The position numbers and the translations under genes were made by a program. Under the pieces are notes generated by a model. The model had not been told where the DNA came from. It was given only the letters and a program-made list of their open reading frames with translations, and made no database searches. From an uncultured Bacteroidia bacterium (lineage in GTDB: Bacteria; Bacteroidota; Bacteroidia; NS11-12g; UBA955), in contig CALKCM010000010.1 in the NCBI GenBank assembly GCA_938086785.1, positions 35,741 through 99,740 of the forward strand: DNA of 64,000 bases. The letters are read 5' to 3'. Positions 1 to 9,711 of this stretch are shown piece after piece (the first letter of the stretch is position 1; each line of letters begins with the position of its first letter).

Positions 1-1458
1 AGTTTTTCCCTCTATGGTAGTTGCTCCTCTTATCTGCCTGAGCACATTCATTGCTCCTGTGGTGCTATAAATGGGTTCATTGGCAATATGAGTAATGACA
101 AATCCCTCGGGTATCCCAGCAGATTTGAAGGGCCCTTTTTGCACGTCTACAACTAAAACTCCATGTTTTAAACTCAGATTTTTTCTCTTTTCACTACTGG
201 CATTTTTCAAACTCAAACCTTTAAATTCTTCAGCTGAAGGAGCAGATGCTTTCGTCAATTCTTGAGAACCCTCTTTAGAAAGAAGTGTTACGGTAATTTC
301 TTTTTCATCGCTATTTCTTCTAAGAATAACTTGCACTTTATCGCCAGGGCGGTACTTTCCTATTTCCTCTTGCAATCTTGAACTGCTATTGATAGCACTT
401 GTCCCAATTTTTACAATTACATCCCCAGCTTTAATACCGGCTTTTGCGCCTGCTCCGCCTTCAACTACTTCTGGAATATACACGCCTTTCAAATCCTTCA
501 AGCCCTTTTCCTCCATAAGCTCCTGCGTTACATCTTGTATCATTACACCCAACATGGCTCTTTGAACTTTTCCATATTTCTGAATGTCTCCAACCACTTT
601 CTTCATTAAATTACTTGGTATAGCAAAACCATATCCTGCATAGGAGCCGGTTTGACTGGCAATAGCGGTATTGATTCCAACCAATTCTCCCGCGGTGTTA
701 ATTAAAGCTCCTCCAGAATTTCCTGGATTAATGGCTGCATCTGTTTGTATAAAATTCTCAATAGCATATTGATTTCCTTTGCTTCGCAACAAATCTATGT
801 TACGACCTAAGGCAGATATAATACCCAAGGTTACAGTAGAGTTTAGATTGAATGGATTACCTACGGCTACTACCCACTGCCCAACTTTTGCATCATCGCT
901 ATTTCCCAGTTTTACATAAGGAAGATCTGTTTCTGAAATTTGCAACACAGCAAGATCCGTATTTTTGTCTGAACCAATTAAATCTGCGATGTATGTTCTT
1001 TTATCATTAAGAGTTACTTCAATTTTATTGGCTCCCTCAATCACATGATTGTTGGTTACAATAATTCCGTCCTCTGCAATAATGACTCCTGAACCACTTG
1101 CTTGACTTGGCCTTTGTTGAGGCATTTCAAAATCAAAGCCGGGGCCTCCAAAAAAATCAAAGGGATTAAACTCCTGAGATCTTCGATTACCGCTTCTCTG
1201 CTTACTAGAAATAGTAGTTTTAATATGCACTACCGCTGGTGTTGAAACAGCACTTACTCCTGTAAAATCAAAGGCTTTTGATGTATTTAAACTAGCGTAA
1301 CGCGCCAGTTGGCTCTGTGTATTTGGGTATTGTGTATTCGCATTGTTCGTACCCCACATTGCAGAGAACGCGGCAATACTAAAAACACTTCCTGCAATAC
1401 CTGCTATGATATAACCGGTATATTTATTGGATTTAAAAATTTGTTTAATGCTTTTCAT
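1..1458 (-). CDS. htrA: HtrA/DegP-family periplasmic serine endopeptidase with PDZ domain(s); C-terminus runs off the window
   Basis: Not in the ORF track because it is open at the window edge. My own minus-strand translation from the ATG at 1458 reads MKSIKQIFKSNKYTGYIIAGIAG... (signal anchor). Catalytic-triad contexts are present: VTNNHVIEG, NTDLAVLQI, INPGNSGGALIN. PDZ-like GAKAGIKAGDVIVKIG follows. The frame stays open to nt 1. Confidence 0.85.
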   Translation of the reverse strand, partial: MKSIKQIFKSNKYTGYIIAGIAGSVFSIAAFSAMWGTNNANTQYPNTQSQLARYASLNTSKAFDFTGVSAVSTPAVVHIKTTISSKQRSGNRRSQEFNPFDFFGGPGFDFEMPQQRPSQASGSGVIIAEDGIIVTNNHVIEGANKIEVTLNDKRTYIADLIGSDKNTDLAVLQISETDLPYVKLGNSDDAKVGQWVVAVGNPFNLNSTVTLGIISALGRNIDLLRSKGNQYAIENFIQTDAAINPGNSGGALINTAGELVGINTAIASQTGSYAGYGFAIPSNLMKKVVGDIQKYGKVQRAMLGVMIQDVTQELMEEKGLKDLKGVYIPEVVEGGAGAKAGIKAGDVIVKIGTSAINSSSRLQEEIGKYRPGDKVQVILRRNSDEKEITVTLLSKEGSQELTKASAPSAEEFKGLSLKNASSEKRKNLSLKHGVLVVDVQKGPFKSAGIPEGFVITHIANEPIYSTTGAMNVLRQIRGATTIEGKT

Positions 1459-1673
1459 ACGTTATTTATTTCAAAAATGATTCCTTTTGCTTATTCAACG
1501 AAGTTATTCTGACAAAATTACAGTTCTTCAGCCAAAATCGACAAACGTTTACATGCAGTAGACAAACTCCATTTTAAACATTGAATTTTAGATTTTGAAC
1601 GGAGGATTAAATCAAAAATATAAAATACAAAACAAACCAATCTTAGACTGTTATAGAAGAAAAGAAAAAATGC

Positions 1674-1681
1674 TACCTTTG
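1674..1681 (+). promoter_or_regulatory. Bacteroidota-type -7 promoter box (TACCTTTG) for sucB
   Basis: Matches TAnnTTTG and lies 21 nt upstream of the ATG at 1702. This argues against the GTG at 1684 as the start. Confidence 0.5.
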
Positions 1682-1701
1682 TAGTGCTGACAAGCAAAAC
1701 T

Positions 1702-2949
1702 ATGGCCATTGAAATAATTGTACCCGCACCCGGAGAATCTGTAAGTGAAGTAACCATTGCCTCTTGGTTAAGAAAAGAGGGCGAATGGGTAGAGATGGAT
1801 GAACCCATTGCTGAATTTGAGAGTGATAAAGCCACATTTGAAGTGAACGCTGAAAAGGCAGGCGTTATTGATAAACTCATCGGAAACGAAGGGGACACCA
1901 TTCCTGTTGGAACGGTTGTGGCCGTAATAAATGAAAAAGCAAAGAAACCCGCTTCTGCCAAAAAGGAAGAAGTAAAGGCAGAAAAGACTCCAACTGTAAA
2001 AGAGGATAAACCGGCGGCAAAAACCGCAACAAAAGCGGAGAAAGCACCCGCTCAGGAAGACATCAATGCATCACCTGTAGCGGCTGGTTTATTAGCTGAA
2101 TACGGCATTAAAGCAAGCTTAGTAAAAGGAAGCGGAAGCAATGGTAAAATAACCAAAATGGATGCTTTGGAAGCCATTGTAAAACTTGGTGGTGTTAAAT
2201 CAGGTGGATTCGGTTCAGGCGGAAGGGAAGAAACTCGGGAGAAAATGAGTAACCTGCGCAAAACCATTAGCCGTAGACTGGTTGCTGTGAAAAATGAAAC
2301 GGCTATGTTAACCACTTTTAATGAGGTAGACATGAAGCCCATCATGGATCTAAGAAGCAAGTATAAAAAAGATTTTGCTGAGAAACATGGAGTTGGTTTA
2401 GGTTTCATGAGCTTTTTCACTAGGGCCTGTTGCATCTCCTTAATGGAATGGAGAGCAGTGAATGCCAGTATTGTTGGTGAAGAAATTGCATACCATGATT
2501 ATTGTGATATTTCAATTGCTGTTTCTGCACCCAAAGGCTTGGTGGTTCCTGTAATAAGAAGTGCGGAATCCTTAAGTTTAGATGGCATTGAAGCGGAAGT
2601 AAAACGCCTAGCCTTGAAAGCAAGAGATAATAAATTAAGTATTGATGAAATGACTGGCGGTACTTTTACCATAACCAATGGTGGAGTATTTGGCAGTATG
2701 ATGAGTACACCCATAATAAATGCACCGCAAAGTGCCATTTTAGGAATGCATAATATTGTACAAAGACCAGTGGCAATTAATGGGGAAGTTCATATTCGTC
2801 CGATGATGTATTTAGCTTTAAGCTACGATCACAGGATTATTGATGGGCGTGAGAGTGTTGGATTCCTTGTTAGGGTAAAACAATTGCTAGAAAATCCAGA
2901 GTGGATGGTGGATGGAAAGAAACCAGAAGAAACACTTCTGGGCATGTAG
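1702..2949 (+). CDS. sucB: 2-oxoglutarate dehydrogenase E2 component (dihydrolipoyllysine-residue succinyltransferase)
   Basis: N-terminal lipoyl domain ([23 protein letters not shown]...ESDKATFEV). An Ala/Pro/Lys linker follows, then a peripheral subunit-binding domain ([14 protein letters not shown]). The catalytic domain carries [11 protein letters not shown]. Confidence 0.9.
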   Translation: MAIEIIVPAPGESVSEVTIASWLRKEGEWVEMDEPIAEFESDKATFEVNAEKAGVIDKLIGNEGDTIPVGTVVAVINEKAKKPASAKKEEVKAEKTPTVKEDKPAAKTATKAEKAPAQEDINASPVAAGLLAEYGIKASLVKGSGSNGKITKMDALEAIVKLGGVKSGGFGSGGREETREKMSNLRKTISRRLVAVKNETAMLTTFNEVDMKPIMDLRSKYKKDFAEKHGVGLGFMSFFTRACCISLMEWRAVNASIVGEEIAYHDYCDISIAVSAPKGLVVPVIRSAESLSLDGIEAEVKRLALKARDNKLSIDEMTGGTFTITNGGVFGSMMSTPIINAPQSAILGMHNIVQRPVAINGEVHIRPMMYLALSYDHRIIDGRESVGFLVRVKQLLENPEWMVDGKKPEETLLGM

Positions 2950-2958
2950 ATTGCCCTC

Positions 2959-3555
2959 TTAAACAGCTGCCACTTGAACGAGGTAAAACTCTTCACACAC
3001 CTTAAAAAACACACCTTCTTGGCTTTGATTAATTCGAATGCTCATGGATACATCATTAGCTCCATATGCCGTATTTAGGATTTCTGCATTGATCCGCTTA
3101 CCAATGATATGCAAACTGTTTTCATTATGAAAATCTGTGGTTAAAGTAAAATCTTTGGTAAGAGCAAACTGCTTTACTGCAGAGGATTTAATGGATTGAT
3201 CTGCATTTGCCCCATAGGCTTCTATTAGGCCTCTTGTACCCAGTTTAGTACCCCCGTAATAGCGCACTACAATGACTAAACAGTTCAGCAACCCTGCACT
3301 TTGAATTTTTCGTAGGATAGGCAAACCGGCTGTCCCATTAGGCTCTCCATTGTCTTGCGAAAGATGTTCCTCTTTTGGATAATCATAAATAGCGGCGTAG
3401 CACCAATGCGTTGCATCTGGAAATTTTTCCTTGGCCAAGAATACTTGCTTTTTTATATCCGATTGATTGGCTACATGAAAAGACTTTCCCCAAAACTTAG
3501 ACCCTTTGTCTTTGTATAAGACCCAATCTGATTTTTGAATACTCTGATACTCCAT
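2959..3555 (-). CDS. YigZ/IMPACT-family (UPF0029) protein
   Basis: KDKGSKFWGKSFHV, ATHWCYAA and VVRYYGGTKLGTRGLIEAY match the IMPACT N-terminal domain signature. Confidence 0.7.
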   Translation of the reverse strand: MEYQSIQKSDWVLYKDKGSKFWGKSFHVANQSDIKKQVFLAKEKFPDATHWCYAAIYDYPKEEHLSQDNGEPNGTAGLPILRKIQSAGLLNCLVIVVRYYGGTKLGTRGLIEAYGANADQSIKSSAVKQFALTKDFTLTTDFHNENSLHIIGKRINAEILNTAYGANDVSMSIRINQSQEGVFFKVCEEFYLVQVAAV

Positions 3556-3556
3556 G

Positions 3557-4426
3557 TTATATATTTAATAAAACAATGGCTAAAACGGCTAAACCTATAC
3601 CTATATAATTGGCCTTATCCAGCCTACGTTTAAACATAAAAACAGAGATTCCTGTTGAAAGAAGTACGATGCCAATGTTATTTAACATCCAGTAATAAGC
3701 GGTATTGTCTGCATAAGAATCCAGCGCTTTAAACACACAATAAAGGCTAAAAAAGTTCACTAAACCTAGCACTAAACCAGCCAAAAGTTCAGGCTTTGCA
3801 ATGGTTTGCGTTTTTCGTACTTTGACCAAATATATCAATACCCCAAAAATAAAGGCCACCGTAAAAATAAAGGTAGAAATAAATACTGGAGAGTTTGCAT
3901 GTGAATCCCCAAAATAATGGGAAAGAAAATTTAAACCTGTATCTACCAAGCCCGAACCTATGAATACAAGAAGGAGCAGTAAGGCATGAGAACTCCCCTT
4001 TTTAGCAGAGGTTCCATTTCGTTTAGTAATAAAATAAACACATATAAGACCTACAAATATGCCTACTATTTGAAAATCAGTGGAGGGTTGACCAAGAAGT
4101 AATATGGCAGCCATTACGGGTACGATTACTGACATTTTGGAGGCTACACTAGACTTAGCCGATCCTGCTTTTGAAGTAGCCTGACCCATTAAAAAAAACG
4201 TGCCTATAAACATCCCTCCCATGAATATCATATACGGAAAACCGCGATGATCTAAGGTATTTGATTGAAAAATATAGTCTTCTCCTAAAAGAACATTGCC
4301 ACATACCAAGCAAACAAAATAGTTGGAAACAATGGCTGGAAACAAGTTAATTTTAAGCTTGCGTATTAATTCAAAAATAACAAATAAGCCTGTACTGGCT
4401 ATTATACTTAGTATTAACCAAATCAT
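3557..4426 (-). CDS. Polytopic inner-membrane protein, DMT/EamA-like transporter (about 10 TM segments)
   Basis: 289 aa and hydrophobic throughout with two similar halves. No diagnostic motif recognised. Confidence 0.45.
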   Translation of the reverse strand: MIWLILSIIASTGLFVIFELIRKLKINLFPAIVSNYFVCLVCGNVLLGEDYIFQSNTLDHRGFPYMIFMGGMFIGTFFLMGQATSKAGSAKSSVASKMSVIVPVMAAILLLGQPSTDFQIVGIFVGLICVYFITKRNGTSAKKGSSHALLLLLVFIGSGLVDTGLNFLSHYFGDSHANSPVFISTFIFTVAFIFGVLIYLVKVRKTQTIAKPELLAGLVLGLVNFFSLYCVFKALDSYADNTAYYWMLNNIGIVLLSTGISVFMFKRRLDKANYIGIGLAVLAIVLLNI

Positions 4427-5433
4427 TTTATTCCAGTAAAAATTATATCTTCAGAGAGTTCCTTCATTTCATAATTTAAGGCTGGTCTCTGTGGCGCCTG
4501 AATCCCGCTGCCCATTTGGACATGCTTGCTCTTTATTACTCTAATCTCATCGTAAAGTCCCGCATCCAAAAAGGAATTTAACACTTTCTGACCGCCTTCT
4601 ACAATAACACTTTGAAGGTCATTGTTTTTCATAGATTCCAGTAAACTTGGGAGGTTGGAATTATTCCAAATATTCCAGGACTCATCGAGATCTGGAATTT
4701 CAGATGCACCCCAAATAAGCCATTTCGATGGATCATTATTGTCCCAATGTCGAGCATCCAATTTTGGCTGATCTGTTAAATATGTATTCTTTCCTATGAG
4801 TATAGCTGCCTCTTGACTTCGCCATTGATGGTTTATTTTTTGGGCATCCCAATGGCTTATTTCGACACGCTCTCCCTCTTTTCCTATATATCCGTCTTCG
4901 CTTTCCGCCCATTTAAGAATAATATAGGGACGCTTCTCTTTTTGAAAAAGAACGAACCTTCTATTGCTAAAAAGACATTTAGATTGGAGTATGTTTTTAG
5001 TTACCTTCACCCCATTCGCCTTTAAATAGTCTATTCCCGAGCCATTTACTCGCTCGTTTGGATCTACCATTCCAACTACAACATGCTTAAAACCAGCCTT
5101 AACTATAGCATGGGAGCAGGGCGGTGTTTTTCCTCGATGATTGCAGGGCTCTAGATTAACATATAAGACACAATCCTTGGGCGATATACCCTTGGGCAAA
5201 TTTGCGATAGCATTAATTTCAGCATGCGGTTTGCCAAAAGATTGATGATAACCTTCTGCCACCACAGCACCGTTTTTTACGATAACTGAACCCACTTGAG
5301 GGTTTGGAGCTACAAATCCAATAGCCTTTTTGGCTAGAGCTAAACAACGGTTTATATGGATCTCATGATTGTCCAAACAAAATGCAAAGTTAACTCTAAT
5401 ATTAACGGGGTATTGTATAATTTTGCTGAGCAA
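4423..5433 (-). CDS. ribD: Bifunctional riboflavin biosynthesis protein RibD (pyrimidine deaminase / uracil reductase)
   Basis: CMP/dCMP deaminase zinc motifs HAEINAI and PCNHRGKTPPC, followed by a reductase domain (VIVEGGQKVLNSFL). The start is uncertain: the 5433 start collides with the nhaA start, and an in-frame TTG at 5376 is the alternative. Confidence 0.9.
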   Translation of the reverse strand: MLSKIIQYPVNIRVNFAFCLDNHEIHINRCLALAKKAIGFVAPNPQVGSVIVKNGAVVAEGYHQSFGKPHAEINAIANLPKGISPKDCVLYVNLEPCNHRGKTPPCSHAIVKAGFKHVVVGMVDPNERVNGSGIDYLKANGVKVTKNILQSKCLFSNRRFVLFQKEKRPYIILKWAESEDGYIGKEGERVEISHWDAQKINHQWRSQEAAILIGKNTYLTDQPKLDARHWDNNDPSKWLIWGASEIPDLDESWNIWNNSNLPSLLESMKNNDLQSVIVEGGQKVLNSFLDAGLYDEIRVIKSKHVQMGSGIQAPQRPALNYEMKELSEDIIFTGIK

Positions 5434-6629
5434 TGTCTAAAAGGAAACCTATACAAAAACGCTCTTTACCAGTAAAACTAAGTGAGCGGTTTTCTAAATT
5501 TTTTGAAAGCAATAAAGCGGGCGGCATACTTCTTATTTTTTGTACTATTGTATCGCTCCTATTAGCCAATTCGTTCCTCGCAAATGCATACGACCATTTA
5601 TGGAGTAAGGAAATACATGTCGACTTCTTAGGCTTGCATTTCCCACATCATTTGGTTGATTGGATTGATGATGGACTGATGACTGTCTTTTTTCTTTTAG
5701 TAGGCCTTGAAATTAAACGCGAACTCATTATTGGCGAATTAAATACCGTGAAAACCGCCATGTTGCCTGTAATGGCTGCCATTGGAGGAATGCTGTTTCC
5801 AGCCTTAATTTTCCTTTTGGTTAATAAAGGCCATGCGGAATTTATGATGGGTGCGGGAATTCCCACGGCTACTGACATCGCCTTTGCCATTGCCATATTA
5901 TCTATATTAGGCGATAAAATACCCAATTCGTTTAAAGTATTTTTAACGGCTCTTGCCATTATTGACGATTTAGGAGCCATTCTTATCATCGCTATTTTTT
6001 ATGGCGGTCATATCGCTTGGTTTTACTTACTTGCAATGCTGCTCATTGCTGGACTCATGCTTTTCTTAAATAAAAAAGGAGTTCAAAATATTTTTGTATA
6101 CACAATACTCGGTTTAATCCTTTGGGTGTGCACCTTGCAAAGTGGGATACATGCAACCATTGCGGGAGTAATCATGGCCTTTTGCATTCCTTTTGGGGAT
6201 GGCAGTAAGACCAACGTTTCAGGGAAGCTCATCTCACTTTTAGAACGACCTGTCAATTTTCTCATCATGCCCTTTTTTGCGCTAGGAAATACCGCTATAC
6301 ATATTAATTCTGAAATGATAAATGGCTTGGGGTCTGCCTTACCTATTGGAATATTTCTTGGGCTTATTTTAGGGAAACCTATTGGAATTTATTTAGGGGC
6401 AATCGCCAGTAGCAAGCTTGGGCTTGCAGAGATAAATAATAATATATCTAAAAAAATGATTGTGGGTGGAGGTTTTCTGGGTGGGATAGGTTTTACCATG
6501 AGCATTTTTGTTACCAATCTAGCCTTTGATCAAACTGCACTCATTAATATTTCTAAGTTGAGCATTATACTCGCTTCTGTTTCAGCCGCTAGTATAGGCT
6601 ACGGAATATTAGCGCAAAGAAAGAAATAG
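5433..6629 (+). CDS. nhaA: Na+/H+ antiporter NhaA
   Basis: About 12 TM segments. The conserved NhaA block TALAIIDDLGAILIIAIFY (Asp pair) is present, and the N-terminus is typical (AGGILLIFCTIVSLLLANS). Confidence 0.9.
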   Translation: MSKRKPIQKRSLPVKLSERFSKFFESNKAGGILLIFCTIVSLLLANSFLANAYDHLWSKEIHVDFLGLHFPHHLVDWIDDGLMTVFFLLVGLEIKRELIIGELNTVKTAMLPVMAAIGGMLFPALIFLLVNKGHAEFMMGAGIPTATDIAFAIAILSILGDKIPNSFKVFLTALAIIDDLGAILIIAIFYGGHIAWFYLLAMLLIAGLMLFLNKKGVQNIFVYTILGLILWVCTLQSGIHATIAGVIMAFCIPFGDGSKTNVSGKLISLLERPVNFLIMPFFALGNTAIHINSEMINGLGSALPIGIFLGLILGKPIGIYLGAIASSKLGLAEINNNISKKMIVGGGFLGGIGFTMSIFVTNLAFDQTALINISKLSIILASVSAASIGYGILAQRKK

Positions 6630-6644
6630 AATTATATTTGCATC

Positions 6645-8573
6645 ATGCGCAAATTAATATTCCTGTTTTTATTATCAAGCAGCTTCTTATCAGCACAAAT
6701 TACTACGGTTCAAACTCATTCGGATGTGGTTATTCAAACAAAACCGGGTTCAGGCCAAACCAATTACAGCGGTTGGGGCGAATTCCCGTCTTCAGATAAA
6801 ACATACTCCAAAGTTATTGCTACATTAACCTTTGAATGCGCTCCAGGGCTGAGATGCGGAGAGTGGGATTATTTGAATTATATTTTTTTAGGAAAACGCA
6901 GAGGAGATAAAAAAGATAGTTTAGGTTGGGAAATCATGCGATTTATTACCCCTTACGGCTTCTATTGGCGAAGCTCTGACAATTGGAAACACGGCTGGAA
7001 GTTTGATATAACTGACTTTGGACCTTTATTTCATGATAGCATTGAAATAATATACCGTCACACAGGATATGAGAAAAGAGATGATAGAGGGTGGAAAATA
7101 AACTTAAGTTTTGAATTAACTGAAGGGAAACCTGAAAGAGATATACTTTCTATAAATCATCTCGTTCAAAAAAGCATGAACTATACCAGTCAGCAGACCT
7201 TTGCTGATGCATATGCGGGAGATACCTTAAAGATTTTACCCAACTCTGATGTAAGCACCATAAAGGTTTTACAAACAGGCCATGGGGCAGTTCAACCGAA
7301 TAATTGTGGTGAGTTTTGTGCTAAAAAACGTTTTATAAAAATTAATGGAGAATCCGTAAATACTCAGACTGTATGGAGAGATGATTGCGGAGAAAATTCC
7401 CTTTTCCCTCAAGCTGGAACTTGGATTTATGACCGCGCTGGATGGTGTCCGGGAGACATTGTTTACGAGGATAACTTTGACGCTAAAGTCCGAAAAGATA
7501 CTATTCAATTTATTGATTTCGATATGGAGAACTATACCGCAGAAAAGAATGGAAGTAATTATAGATTTACTGCTTACCACATCGAAAAAGGACCAAAGAA
7601 TTTCCAGAGAGATTTAGCTATTACAGACATTATTAGTCCTAGTGATTGGTACAAGCACAAAAGATATAATCCCAGTTGTGGACTTGCTAAAATTGAGGTA
7701 CGGAATCAGGGAAAAGATACTGTACGAGCGGTAGACGTTAACTTTGGGTTTAACGGAAATAAAGATCAAAAACATTGGATTTGGCAAAAAATAGCCCCCG
7801 GTGAAACTGCCATTTTAGATATGCCTATTGAAAATGTGCCTTCAAATACGACCAGCTTTGATGTAGAAATAACCAAAGTGAACGATGTTGCCGGTGATGA
7901 TAACAGCACCAATAACGCAATGAGCTCCCCTTTAAGCAATCAGGTCCCCTCTTTGCATGAAGAAACCATTATCATATTCTTTAAAACAAATAATGCGCCT
8001 ACCGAGAATTCATACCGATTCTTTGATGCTGCAGGAAGGGTCATGTACGAGAGAAAAGGATTTACAAAGGCTCAGACCATTTATAGAGATACTTTTAAAT
8101 TTTACAATGGATGTTTTCAATTTGAATTTGACGATAGAGGACCGGCGCTTCCATCATTCCCATTGAATGAGGATGGTTTAGGCTGGTGGGCTAATACTAC
8201 TGACGGAAATGGAATCATTCAGTTTAGAAAAGGAAGTACTGGCTTTTTGGACAAGAACTTTGCAGTAGATTTTGGAACTAAATTTAATTATTTCTTTACG
8301 GTTGGTCATACTTTAAATACCTCATCAATTAAGACTTTGGAAACCAAAGTGTATCCAAATCCAGCAAAAGACGAAATCTTAGTGGAATATCCAAGCACAG
8401 CTAAAACCATACAGATATTTAATGCTAAAGGTCAGCAAGTAATGAGTCAAGCAATTGATTTAAATAGAGATCATGCGATACTAAAGGTGAATCATTTACC
8501 AAATGGAATTTACGCGGTAAAAGTGAATGGAGAAGGCACCAACAGCACTCACAAGGTTATTGTAATGCATTAA
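6645..8573 (+). CDS. Secreted peptide-N4-(N-acetyl-beta-glucosaminyl)asparagine amidase F (PNGase F)-like protein with T9SS type-A C-terminal sorting domain
   Basis: Signal peptide MRKLIFLFLLSSSFLSAQ. Several blocks match my recollection of Elizabethkingia PNGase F: CGEWDYLNYIFL (~CDEWDRYANVYV), EIMRFITPYG (~EIGRFITPYW), FDITDFGPLF (~IDVTDFKSLL), NCGEFCAKK (~GCAEWCFRT), DRAGWCPGD (~DRAGWCPGM). The C-terminus VYPNPAKDEILVEY...NGIYAVKV is a Por/T9SS CTD. Confidence 0.75.
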   Translation: MRKLIFLFLLSSSFLSAQITTVQTHSDVVIQTKPGSGQTNYSGWGEFPSSDKTYSKVIATLTFECAPGLRCGEWDYLNYIFLGKRRGDKKDSLGWEIMRFITPYGFYWRSSDNWKHGWKFDITDFGPLFHDSIEIIYRHTGYEKRDDRGWKINLSFELTEGKPERDILSINHLVQKSMNYTSQQTFADAYAGDTLKILPNSDVSTIKVLQTGHGAVQPNNCGEFCAKKRFIKINGESVNTQTVWRDDCGENSLFPQAGTWIYDRAGWCPGDIVYEDNFDAKVRKDTIQFIDFDMENYTAEKNGSNYRFTAYHIEKGPKNFQRDLAITDIISPSDWYKHKRYNPSCGLAKIEVRNQGKDTVRAVDVNFGFNGNKDQKHWIWQKIAPGETAILDMPIENVPSNTTSFDVEITKVNDVAGDDNSTNNAMSSPLSNQVPSLHEETIIIFFKTNNAPTENSYRFFDAAGRVMYERKGFTKAQTIYRDTFKFYNGCFQFEFDDRGPALPSFPLNEDGLGWWANTTDGNGIIQFRKGSTGFLDKNFAVDFGTKFNYFFTVGHTLNTSSIKTLETKVYPNPAKDEILVEYPSTAKTIQIFNAKGQQVMSQAIDLNRDHAILKVNHLPNGIYAVKVNGEGTNSTHKVIVMH

Positions 8574-9139
8574 TGGGCAAGGCCATTATTTTTTCTGCTC
8601 CCAGCGGCTCTGGAAAAACCACAGTTGTTAAACATTTAATGGAAAATATGGCTGAAAAGCTAAGTTTCTCCATTAGCGCTACTACACGCAAACCAAGGCC
8701 CAGTGAGACCGACGGAAAAGAGTATTACTTTTTAAGTGAATCCGATTTTAAGCAAAAAATTAAAGATGGGGAATTTGTGGAATATGAAGAAGTGTACCAA
8801 GGAATATTTTATGGAACACTCCAATCCGAAGTTCAACGAATTTGGGACAGTGATAAAACAGTTATTTTCGATGTAGATGTAAAAGGTGGTCTTTCATTAA
8901 AGCAAAAATTTGAGAACAATGCGTTGGCAATATTTTTAAGACCTCCAAGTATAGATGAACTCATTACTCGTCTAAGAGGACGCAGCACAGAAGTAGAACA
9001 CGAGCTGCAGCAAAGAATTGCCAAAGCAAACTACGAACTCACCTTCGAAAAAAGTTACGACACCGTGATTATCAATGATATTCTAGAAGAAACCTATAGA
9101 AAAAGCATTAATACGGTAGAAAACTTTATACATTCATGA
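8573..9139 (+). CDS. gmk: Guanylate kinase
   Basis: P-loop SAPSGSGKTT, then SATTRKPRPSETDGKEYYF, at typical length. The start overlaps the upstream stop (TAATG). Confidence 0.92.
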   Translation: MGKAIIFSAPSGSGKTTVVKHLMENMAEKLSFSISATTRKPRPSETDGKEYYFLSESDFKQKIKDGEFVEYEEVYQGIFYGTLQSEVQRIWDSDKTVIFDVDVKGGLSLKQKFENNALAIFLRPPSIDELITRLRGRSTEVEHELQQRIAKANYELTFEKSYDTVIINDILEETYRKSINTVENFIHS

Positions 9140-9708
9140 AAGTAGGATTGTACTTTGGATCGTTTAACCCCATTCACAAAGGTCATTTAGCGGTTGCAGA
9201 GTATATGCAGTCCAATGCAAAAATGGACGAAGTTTGGCTTGTAGTATCCCCACAAAATCCATTTAAAAATAAAGAAAGTCTGATTGATGAATCGCTCAGA
9301 ATAAAAATGGTTTCTTTAGCGATAGAGAGAAATACTGCCCTGAAGGCATGTGATGTGGAGTTTAGTTTAAAACAACCTTCCTATACATTTAATACACTAT
9401 CTAAACTAAGGGAAATGCATCCCAATCATTCCTTTTCCATTATCATGGGAGCAGATAATTTGGAATTTCTGAATACCTGGTATCGCATCACAGATATACT
9501 TGAGCAGTATCCGGTGCATGTATACCAAAGAAACAATGAAATACTGCAATCTCCCATACCAGGCGATTTCACCTACCACAATGCGCCCCAAATAGATATA
9601 TCGAGCACGGACATACGTCAAAAGATAAGAAGCAATGCGTCTATCAAAGATGCAGTATCCCAAAAGGTTGAACAATTTATTCTTAAAAATAAGCTTTACT
9701 TAAACTAA
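9136..9708 (+). CDS. nadD: Nicotinate-nucleotide adenylyltransferase
   Basis: GSFNPIHKGHL (HxGH nucleotidyltransferase motif), IMGADNL, ISSTDIR. Confidence 0.9.
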   Translation: MKVGLYFGSFNPIHKGHLAVAEYMQSNAKMDEVWLVVSPQNPFKNKESLIDESLRIKMVSLAIERNTALKACDVEFSLKQPSYTFNTLSKLREMHPNHSFSIIMGADNLEFLNTWYRITDILEQYPVHVYQRNNEILQSPIPGDFTYHNAPQIDISSTDIRQKIRSNASIKDAVSQKVEQFILKNKLYLN

Positions 9709-9711
9709 GGC

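Noticed and set aside
1309-1512. 67-aa plus-strand ORF overlapping the htrA start region
   Set aside because: It lies antisense to the well-supported htrA N-terminus, has no motif, and its composition is typical of a shadow ORF.
1518-2738. Several antisense ORFs (1518-1961, 2052-2435, 2420-2623, 2499-2738) inside sucB
   Set aside because: All are embedded opposite a strongly motif-supported gene. Their sequences are low-complexity, with no recognisable domains.
5377-5433. ribD and nhaA apparently start on the same nucleotide in opposite directions
   Set aside because: This is most likely an ORF-extension artefact. ribD probably initiates at an internal non-ATG codon (TTG at 5376), leaving a short divergent promoter region. 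It is not a real overlapping-start arrangement.
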